The notes under the pieces: generated by a model
Told to the model about the DNA's origin: nothing
Seen by the model: the letters and a program-made list of their open reading frames with translations, nothing else
Database searches by the model: none
Shown: piece by piece, positions 56,936-64,000 of the stretch
Numbering within the stretch: the stretch's first letter is position 1
Layout of the letters: every line of letters starts with the position of its first letter
NCBI GenBank assembly: GCA_040755995.1
Contig: JBFMAF010000055.1
Coordinates: 128,001 to 192,000 of the forward strand
Length of the DNA: 64,000 bases
Reading direction: 5' to 3'
From: Acidobacteriota bacterium
GTDB taxonomy: Bacteria > Acidobacteriota > CAIWXX01
Program-made: the position numbers and the translations under genes

Positions 56936-57922
56936 ATGAGTAAGCCGCTGATCACGATCGTGGTCCCTTGCTACAATGAGAGACATGTGTTTCCTCTCCT
57001 GCGCGAGGCCCTGTTGGAGCTGGCTCAGGGCCTGTCCCCGCGCTACGATGTGGAGTTCCTGATAGTCGATGACGGCAGCGACGATGGAAGCTGGGAGCAG
57101 ATCCTGGCCTTCGCCGGTGAAGATCAGAGGGTGAAAGCGATCTCACTGACACGCAACTTCGGGCACCAGGCGGCGTTGACCTGCGGCTACGATTTCGCGC
57201 AGGGGGATGCAGTGGTTACCATGGATGCGGACCTTCAGGATCCCCCCGAGGTGGTGCACGACTTGGTACGGGAGTGGGAGAAGGGCTACGACGTCGTGTA
57301 CGCCGTGCGCGTGCGGCGAGAAGGGGAGAGCAGGTTCAAGTGCTGGACTGCATCCGTTTTCTACAGGATGATCAGGGTGCTCGGACAGACTGGCGCGCCC
57401 CCCGACTCGGGTGACTTCCGCCTGATGAGCAAGAGAAGCGTGGCTGCATTCAGAACACTTCGAGAGAGGCACCGCTACATCAGAGGCCTCGTCGGCTGGC
57501 TCGGCTTCCGTGCTTCCATCGTGAAGTATCAGAGGAAGCCCAGACCCGCTGGTATGACAAAGTACACTTTGTCACGCATGATCCAGTTTGCGGTGGATGC
57601 CATCGTTTCGTCAAGCACCGTCCCCCTCAGGCTCGCCTATTTCCTGGCGCTTTTCTCCGCCCTGCCGTTCCTCGCGTACCTCTGCTACGCCGTCTTCATG
57701 CGCCTGTTTTTCAATGTGCCGTTGGTTCCCGGCTGGAGCAGTCTCATCCTGTCTGTCATCATCCTGGGCGCCATAATACTCTTTTCTATGGGCATCATGG
57801 GAGAATACGTCGGTCGAATCTACGAACAGTCCAAGAACCGGCCTCTGTATCTTGTCCGCTCCAACGAGGAGCCCTCACATGGGGAATCCGCCGAGAGTGG
57901 AGAACCAGCGCCCCGAGTTTGA
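56936..57922 (+). CDS. GT2 polyprenol-phosphate glycosyltransferase (GtrB/YkcC-like)
   Basis: VVPCYNE, VDDGSDDGS, RNFGHQAALTCG, MDADLQDPPE, GDFRLM, two C-terminal TMs, GEYVGRIY....RPLY. Confidence 0.92.
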   Translation: MSKPLITIVVPCYNERHVFPLLREALLELAQGLSPRYDVEFLIVDDGSDDGSWEQILAFAGEDQRVKAISLTRNFGHQAALTCGYDFAQGDAVVTMDADLQDPPEVVHDLVREWEKGYDVVYAVRVRREGESRFKCWTASVFYRMIRVLGQTGAPPDSGDFRLMSKRSVAAFRTLRERHRYIRGLVGWLGFRASIVKYQRKPRPAGMTKYTLSRMIQFAVDAIVSSSTVPLRLAYFLALFSALPFLAYLCYAVFMRLFFNVPLVPGWSSLILSVIILGAIILFSMGIMGEYVGRIYEQSKNRPLYLVRSNEEPSHGESAESGEPAPRV

Positions 57923-58628
57923 TGCCTTCGCCGAGGGTTACTCGGCCGGCATGGAAAACCCTGTCAAGCGGCTGGCCGGAAAAGGGACCGAGCAGTTCAT
58001 GGACGTGAAGACAAGATGGTTGTCTCGGTACCTCAGGAAGTGCCCCGTGGACTCCACCATCGAGGACGACACGAGGTTGTTGGATTACGGTTGCGGCACT
58101 GGAGAGCTGCTTGCCAGTCTGCAGAGGCGCGGCTTTCGAGGTCACCTCGAAGGGTGCGATATTTCCGGAGAGATGCTGAAGGAAGCCGCCAGGCGGCTCG
58201 GCGCGAGCTCGAAGATCGTGCTCCACCATGTCGCTCGCGGGAGCCCCGGCGTTCCGTCCGACTCGTTCGATCTGGTGACCATGTGCGCGGTTCTACATCA
58301 TCTGCCGCACTCCGATGAGGATGCTGCGATACAGGACATCGCAAGGGTGCTCAGGCCGGGCGGCAGAGCCGTCATATTTGAGCACAACCCATGGAATCCA
58401 GTCACGCGTTGGGTTGTCAGCCGGACGCCGATCGATCGCAACGCCGTGCTGCGCACGGCTGGAGACGTGCAGAGGCTGCTGCGTTCATCCGGCCTCACCT
58501 GCGTTCGCCTCGACTACCTGCTTTTCTTCCCTCCGCGACTGCCGTGGTTGGCACCGCTCGAGCGTCTTCTACGCCGGGTTCCACTCGGGGGGCAGTACGT
58601 GCTCGTCGGCAAGAAGCCGATGGCATAG
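57879..58628 (+). CDS. class I SAM-dependent methyltransferase; start approximate
   Basis: LLDYGCGTG, GCDIS..ML, FDLV...VLHH, VLRPGG, FEHNPWNP; overlaps the GT2 3' end. Confidence 0.88.
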   Translation: MGNPPRVENQRPEFDAFAEGYSAGMENPVKRLAGKGTEQFMDVKTRWLSRYLRKCPVDSTIEDDTRLLDYGCGTGELLASLQRRGFRGHLEGCDISGEMLKEAARRLGASSKIVLHHVARGSPGVPSDSFDLVTMCAVLHHLPHSDEDAAIQDIARVLRPGGRAVIFEHNPWNPVTRWVVSRTPIDRNAVLRTAGDVQRLLRSSGLTCVRLDYLLFFPPRLPWLAPLERLLRRVPLGGQYVLVGKKPMA

Positions 58629-59010
58629 ATCGATCCGGGCGGATCGGTCACACCGCGCCCCGCGTTCGATTTCGCGCCCAGTCCGCTGCGAACTGCGAAT
58701 GGCGGGCAACGATGGTAGCGCGTGGTCCGAGCTTGAAGCAGCAAAGTGCACCTGCCGCCACAGATACGGCGAGCACAGCTGCAGCCACCAGGGTTCGCGA
58801 GGATTTCAGGCCACCGATCACTGTGTACAGCATCACAAGGCCAAACCGGGGTGAACCTCCGAATCGCTTCGTCGGGCCGGATTGAATGATACCCCGCAGG
58901 GCGTCTCAACCCCTGCCTGTCCTGCGAATCACCGTATCCCCGGCTGAAGCACACTGGCGCCCAGCACGGACTTCGTGAGATGATGCGCGCTGCGAAAGGA
59001 GCATAGGGAC

Positions 59011-60165
59011 ATGCACGGACTCACGAAGGAGAACCTGGAGTATCGCGCCAGGGCGCGCGAGATTGCCGAGAAGGTCGCGCGCCCAATCGCCGCAGAGCTG
59101 GATCGCACCGGCGAGTATCCCTGGGCGTTGATCAAGGCTCTGCACGAGCAGGGACTGATGGGAGTCTGGATACCCAGAGAGTACGGCGGCGCCGGAGCCG
59201 GCGTGCTGAACCTCTGCCTGATAGTTGAAGAAATCAGTCGCGCGTGCGGCGGCATGGGCGTGACGTACGCCGTCAACGCTCTGGGCTCGTTCCCGATCAT
59301 CCTCGGCGGGACCGAAGAGCAGAAGAAGAAATACCTTCCGGATATCGCCGGCGGAAAAAGCCTCATCGCATTCGGGTTGTCGGAAAAGCTCGCGGGCTCG
59401 GACGCGGGCAGCCTCAAGGCCCGGGCCGTCAAGGGCAGCGGCTCCTACGCGCTCACCGGCGAGAAGAAGTGGAACACGAACGCCAACGCCGCCTCGATAT
59501 ACACCGTCTTTGCATCCACCAACCCCGACCGCGGCACGCGAGGAATAAGCGCATTCATCGTGGAGAAGGGGACGCCCGGATTCGAGATCGGCAAGCGCGA
59601 GGACCTGATGGGCATCCGGTGCGTCCCGGTCCATGAGCTGCACTTCAAGGAGTGCCGCGTTCCCGAAGCGAATCTGCTTGGAGGCAAGGAGGGCGTGGGC
59701 TTCGCGCACGCGATGATGACGCTGGACCGGGCACGGCCGGGCGTGGCCGCGCAAGCCGTGGGACTTGCGCAGGGCGCTCTCGAGCTCGCCTTGAAGTACA
59801 CGAAGGAACGCGAGCAGTTCGGGCAGTCGGTCGCCTCGTTCCAGGCGATCCAATTCACGCTGGCAGACATGGCCACACAGGTCGAAGCCGCGCGGCAGAT
59901 CGTGTACGCCGCAGCCAGAGCGATCGATTCCGGGGCGAGCGGCGTCGGCAGGCTCGCCGCCATGGCGAAGGTTTTCGCCACGGACACCGCGATGCGCGTC
60001 ACCACCGAGGCCGTGCAGCTCTTCGGCGGCTACGGGTACTGCCGAGACTACCCGATCGAGAAATACATGCGCGATGCCAAGATCACGCAGATCTACGAGG
60101 GAACGAACCAGATACAGCGAGTCGTGATAGGGCGGAGCCTGATCAAAGAAGGAGTCCTGACCTAG
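59011..60165 (+). CDS. acyl-CoA dehydrogenase
   Basis: FGLSEKLAGSDA, LTGEKKWNTN, AQAVGLAQGA, REQFG, AVQLFGGYGY, RDAKITQIYEGTNQIQR. Confidence 0.95.
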   Translation: MHGLTKENLEYRARAREIAEKVARPIAAELDRTGEYPWALIKALHEQGLMGVWIPREYGGAGAGVLNLCLIVEEISRACGGMGVTYAVNALGSFPIILGGTEEQKKKYLPDIAGGKSLIAFGLSEKLAGSDAGSLKARAVKGSGSYALTGEKKWNTNANAASIYTVFASTNPDRGTRGISAFIVEKGTPGFEIGKREDLMGIRCVPVHELHFKECRVPEANLLGGKEGVGFAHAMMTLDRARPGVAAQAVGLAQGALELALKYTKEREQFGQSVASFQAIQFTLADMATQVEAARQIVYAAARAIDSGASGVGRLAAMAKVFATDTAMRVTTEAVQLFGGYGYCRDYPIEKYMRDAKITQIYEGTNQIQRVVIGRSLIKEGVLT

Positions 60166-60183
60166 ACGGCTCGAGGCGATATC

Positions 60184-60813
60184 TCAGTCGAGCAACCCGA
60201 CGCTGCGCGGCGGCCAGTATCGGAAGAACGCCTTGCCGTAGATGTATTTCTGAGGCACCTGCCAGCCAGCCCGGCTGTCGTTGGAGCCGTTCCGGTGATC
60301 TCCCAGCACCCAATAGTGTCCCATCTGAACTCGCACCGGGCTCAAGGTCTCGTGCTCGCGATACCGCCGCGGCACGTAGAGGTCGCGGAACTTCTCCCCA
60401 TTCACGTACACATATCCGTCATCGACCTCTACGGTGTCGCCGGGAAGTCCGATCACCCGTTTGATGAATGACTTGCTCGGATCCAGCGGGTAGTAGAAGA
60501 CCACGATGTCTCCTCGCTGGATGTTGCTCACGCGGTATACGAACAGGTTGACGATGATGCGCTGGCCTGACTCCAACGTCGGCAGCATGCTGGTCCCTTC
60601 GACCGTGAAAGGGCGCGCCACGTAGAGCAGTATCAGAACGCAGAGCGCCGCTGCGACTCCTACGTCCTTCGCAAGGAGCGAGATCTCGTGCCGCAGGCGC
60701 GTCCACCGGCTGACATGCGGCTGCTGGGCTTCTTCCACGCCCTGCGGCCGTGCGACTGCAGCCGATTCCTGCGGCTCGATTCCCTCGCCCAACCTCTGAA
60801 GCCCTCTCCCCAA
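60184..60813 (-). CDS. lepB: signal peptidase I; start uncertain
   Basis: VEGTSMLPTL, RGDIVVF, FIKRVIGLPGD, LGDHRNGSNDSR, RYWP. Confidence 0.93.
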   Translation of the reverse strand: MGRGLQRLGEGIEPQESAAVARPQGVEEAQQPHVSRWTRLRHEISLLAKDVGVAAALCVLILLYVARPFTVEGTSMLPTLESGQRIIVNLFVYRVSNIQRGDIVVFYYPLDPSKSFIKRVIGLPGDTVEVDDGYVYVNGEKFRDLYVPRRYREHETLSPVRVQMGHYWVLGDHRNGSNDSRAGWQVPQKYIYGKAFFRYWPPRSVGLLD

Positions 60814-60814
60814 C

Positions 60815-63223
60815 TTACCTGAACGTGAACTTGTACGGGAAGAATATCCTCACAGGCTTGCCGTTTCGAACCGCCGGCTTGTACCTCCACTTCAGCACAG
60901 CATCGGCCACAGCCTTGTCGAGCACAGCGCCGCCGGATTCCTGGATGTCGACCCTGTCGACGACACCGGATTCGTTCACGAAGATCTTCACCAGGACCGA
61001 CCCGGAGAGCTCCTTGGGAGCGCCTTTCGGCTTGGAAGGCTGATCTCCTGTAAGGAGTTTCCGATCGAACTTGATGTCGGGCGAAAGGGGGAACGGACCC
61101 TTGTCGTCGGCCGCCGTGGGCTTGGCCGGAATCACCGGTTTGGGCGGCGGCGGCACAGGCTCCAGCTTGCCAGCCACATCTGTCTGCTTGCCCGATCTCA
61201 CGGCAGGTTGCCCGACCCACTTGATGTACCCCTGCTTGGACAGTTCCAGCACATGCTTGCCGGGACGCAGCTTGTTGATGACCTTGGGAGTCACACCGGC
61301 GTTCTTTCCGTCGAGCATGATCGTGGCACCCGCAGGATCGGAAGTGACCTTAAGCGCCCCCACTGTCTCGGCCTGGGTTTGCTCCCGCAATGCAAACTGC
61401 ATCACCTGGTTCTGACCCGCCCCGATCGCGAAGTCCCTGGTCTCCTCGGCGAGGTCATACCCTTTCAGTTCGAAGCGCAAGTTGTAGGTGCCGAATGGAA
61501 GAGAGCTGAGCGTCAGCGGCGTGGCTCCGCGCATCTCACCGTTCACGAAAACGGACGCGCCCTCGGGTGTCGTATGCAGCTCCAATGTCCCCACGGCCGG
61601 CTGAACCGGTGTCGCCGGTTGAGGCTGCACCTGAGCCGGTTGAGTCTGCGGAGGAGGCGCCGGCTGGGGAGCCGGTGAGGGCTGCTGTCTGCTGAAGACC
61701 CAGTAGCCGAGCACACCCACTCCGACCAGGAGCACCAGGACCACGGCCAGGACGAACAGCCGCGAGTAGCTGGCGGGCCGGCGCTCAGGGGCTGCGGGCG
61801 GCTGGATGACAGCCGGCGGCACCTGATCTGCTGTCGGCATCAGGTCCACGGCGACCGTGGGCATTTCCTGTGGCTGCTCGGCCCGAGCGACCTGGCGCTC
61901 GGCCGGCCCGGCCGCAGGCCCCATCGGCGGGATCTGCTGTATCTCGGGCGTCGGCACTCTCACAGGTGGTTGCACCACTGTCGGAATGTCAACGTGCTCC
62001 TGCGCCATCGTCGGCACATCCAGGGCGACGGTTGCCTGGACCTCTTCTCCCGCCCCCAGAGGCCGTTCGCCGGTGTCGGCAGCGGGGCTGCCAATGGCGA
62101 TCGTCGCCTGAACCCGCGGTGCCGTGTCGTTGCTGACCTGCTGTTGCGGCGTCTCTGATGGGCCGATCTGTTTCTGCAATTGCGAAGTGATGACGTCCGG
62201 CGGCTCCTCGCGAGGCAGCAGGACGGTGGCGCCGGGAGGCGGGGGAGGTGGAGGCGGAGCGGGCGGGAGAGACGGTGGAGTAGGAGCAGCCTTGGGCGGC
62301 TTCACCAATGTCCGTTCCGCCGTCGCCAGACCCACACCCCGCTTTGGCTCGAGCGCCGCCTGCATGAAGCTCTCGAACGACTGGGTCGTCTCCCGCTGGC
62401 AATCCCAGAGCGCCCGCACGAAGTCCTCGCCCTTCTGGAACCGCTTCTCACGATCCTTGGACAGGGCCTTCTGGAAAACAGATGTCCAACGTTCAGGCAG
62501 CAACCCGAGGTCGTCAAGGTTCTCCACCGATGCGGGGTCGGCATGAACGATCTTGTACAATATCGCAGTGACGGTATCCCCCGGGAACGGCCGCTTGCCC
62601 GTGAGCAGCTCGAACGCCATCGTGGCGAGGGAGAACAGGTCGCTGCGCCCGTCCACAGTCTCACCGAGTGATTGCTCGGGCGACATGTAGCTGGGCGTCC
62701 CGAGGAGGACTCCGGGCTTGGTCAGATCCGCGTCACCGAACTTGCCGATCCCGAAATCCATCACCTTGATGCGATTGTTGTTGTGGACCAGAACGTTGCT
62801 CGGCTTTATGTCCCTGTGAACCACGCCTTTGGAATGCGCATAGTCCAGGGCACTGGCGATCTGGGCCACCATCACGATCACGTCCTGGTGCCTGAATTCC
62901 GTGGCATCTTCGATCAGCTTTGACAGAGGCACGCCGGCGATGTACTCGAAGGCGAGGAACGGCATGCCGGACTCCTCGCCGATATCGTAGATCGTGATGA
63001 TGTTGGGGTGCGACAGCGTCCCCGCGATGCGGGCCTCATTATAGAAGCGCTCCAGGAAACTCTGGTACTGCTCAGTCCCAATCTCCACATCCACGCGGAT
63101 GGTCTTTATGGCCAGGTGCCGCTTGATCAGCGGGTCGAAGGCCTTGAAGACGGCTCCCATTGCACCCAGACCGATCTTCTCTACGATCTGGTAGCGTCCG
63201 ATTCGTTCTGGCAGCTTCTCCAT
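60815..63223 (-). CDS. Hanks-type Ser/Thr kinase with Pro-rich linker, TM, two PEGA domains and C-terminal TonB domain
   Basis: GLGAMGAV, HRDIKPSN, DFG, GTPSYMSPEQ; TM; PEGA motifs TPEGASVFVNG and SDPAGATIMLDG; TonB_C GSVLVKIFVNESGVV...LDKAVADAVLKWRYKPA..NGKPV. Confidence 0.9.
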   Translation of the reverse strand: MEKLPERIGRYQIVEKIGLGAMGAVFKAFDPLIKRHLAIKTIRVDVEIGTEQYQSFLERFYNEARIAGTLSHPNIITIYDIGEESGMPFLAFEYIAGVPLSKLIEDATEFRHQDVIVMVAQIASALDYAHSKGVVHRDIKPSNVLVHNNNRIKVMDFGIGKFGDADLTKPGVLLGTPSYMSPEQSLGETVDGRSDLFSLATMAFELLTGKRPFPGDTVTAILYKIVHADPASVENLDDLGLLPERWTSVFQKALSKDREKRFQKGEDFVRALWDCQRETTQSFESFMQAALEPKRGVGLATAERTLVKPPKAAPTPPSLPPAPPPPPPPPGATVLLPREEPPDVITSQLQKQIGPSETPQQQVSNDTAPRVQATIAIGSPAADTGERPLGAGEEVQATVALDVPTMAQEHVDIPTVVQPPVRVPTPEIQQIPPMGPAAGPAERQVARAEQPQEMPTVAVDLMPTADQVPPAVIQPPAAPERRPASYSRLFVLAVVLVLLVGVGVLGYWVFSRQQPSPAPQPAPPPQTQPAQVQPQPATPVQPAVGTLELHTTPEGASVFVNGEMRGATPLTLSSLPFGTYNLRFELKGYDLAEETRDFAIGAGQNQVMQFALREQTQAETVGALKVTSDPAGATIMLDGKNAGVTPKVINKLRPGKHVLELSKQGYIKWVGQPAVRSGKQTDVAGKLEPVPPPPKPVIPAKPTAADDKGPFPLSPDIKFDRKLLTGDQPSKPKGAPKELSGSVLVKIFVNESGVVDRVDIQESGGAVLDKAVADAVLKWRYKPAVRNGKPVRIFFPYKFTFR

Positions 63224-63497
63224 AGGAATGTCAGTAAACCACATCATCGTAGCCAACGAGGTACGCGAAGTCAAGGCGAGTACGCGATGCGGAAGTCGAT
63301 GACGATTCTCTGGGCCTCGTTGCCTCGCTGGATCTGAACCCGCAAGAGGCGCGTATCCTCCTCCAACTCCTGCTCGCGAGCGGCTTCACCGATCCGGTGC
63401 GCATCCAGGAGCAGTTCGCCATCCGGTGAACGGCGCGCTGACGCCTGTCAGCACCTGGCGAGTCGTCGCGCCTCGACGCGCACGGCAGGGCGGCCGA

Positions 63498-64000
63498 CTA
63501 TCTCGGCACCCGCGCAGCCGCCGGCGCCTCGAATGCACCGATATCGAACCGTGCAGTTCCGTCGCCGTCACCGTCCAGCGGCCTTGGGTTCGCGTCATAG
63601 TCGGAAGCCGGCGCCTTCGTGGCCGAGCCCATGTCGATGGCGGGTGAATCCGGGTCGAGATGGAAATTGCCTTTGGCAGGATCGACCAGCAGTGGATCCG
63701 CCTCCACGTAGGCGGTTCCGCGCACCTCGCCCTCCTCTCCCATGAAGCGATTGATGAGGTTGTGGTCCACCTTGACGGCCTTGTTGTACAGTGAAGCCGC
63801 GACGGCGATCTGAAACGCCGAATTCTGGCTGCAGATGTTGTTCCTGATGATGCTGCCGGATTTCAGGTCGGGGTTCTGGCAGGTGATGCCTCCACCCCAG
63901 GGGTGGCCGTTGCTCCAGAGCGTGTTGTTGACGATCTCGATGCGTCGCATGGGGCGCGAGGCCGCGGCGCCGTAGTCTGAAACCTCGATCCCATAAATCG
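63498..64000 (-). CDS. right-handed beta-helix protein, C-terminal part (choice-of-anchor Q-like tail); 5'-truncated
   Basis: Frame open to the window edge; IVNNTLWSN, IIRNNI, DPLLVD...NFHL..DSPAIDMG...D.D..PR...DIGAFE. Confidence 0.8.
   Translation of the reverse strand, partial: IYGIEVSDYGAAASRPMRRIEIVNNTLWSNGHPWGGGITCQNPDLKSGSIIRNNICSQNSAFQIAVAASLYNKAVKVDHNLINRFMGEEGEVRGTAYVEADPLLVDPAKGNFHLDPDSPAIDMGSATKAPASDYDANPRPLDGDGDGTARFDIGAFEAPAAARVPR

Noticed and set aside
58648..58836. 62-aa minus-strand ORF with one hydrophobic segment
   Set aside because: Short, no family motif, no clear RBS
1..64000. CRISPR array, prophage, IS element or integrase
   Set aside because: No regularly spaced 25-45 nt repeats and no transposase, integrase or phage protein motifs seen; the repeats found are short tandem or REP-type

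Overview
GC-rich (roughly 65%) bacterial chromosomal window, densely coding, with about 48 supportable CDSs and no rRNA, intact tRNA, CRISPR array or transposase. Gene content (Oar-type TonB-dependent receptor, several alkaline-phosphatase-superfamily/TPR proteins, kinase-PEGA-TonB fusion, GspG-like pilin) resembles Acidobacteriota-type genomes; this is an inference. Housekeeping genes include 2-oxoacid dehydrogenase E1a/E1b/E2, rlmN, mtaB, purE/purD, a PpiD/SurA-like isomerase, nadE, galT, pepA, lon, hsp20, nrdR, queA, lepB and an acyl-CoA dehydrogenase. Highlights: (1) a peroxiredoxin split by the ORF caller, with an in-frame TGA at the peroxidatic Cys position and a SECIS-like hairpin 11 nt downstream, i.e. 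a probable selenoprotein; (2) a four-gene cluster of two paralogous circularly permuted ATP-grasp ligases, a GCS2/YbdK carboxylate-amine ligase and a TPR-TlpA redoxin, a candidate undescribed peptide/thiol synthesis system; (3) a sigma-54-driven type IV pilin gene inside an ~11 kb cluster of GT-C-like, GtrB-like, methyltransferase and sulfatase-like genes, a candidate pilin/surface modification locus; (4) a TPAT (TatT/TatP/QM) transporter; (5) REP-like palindromes and many short intergenic tandem repeats. All calls come from motif reading; no searches were run.
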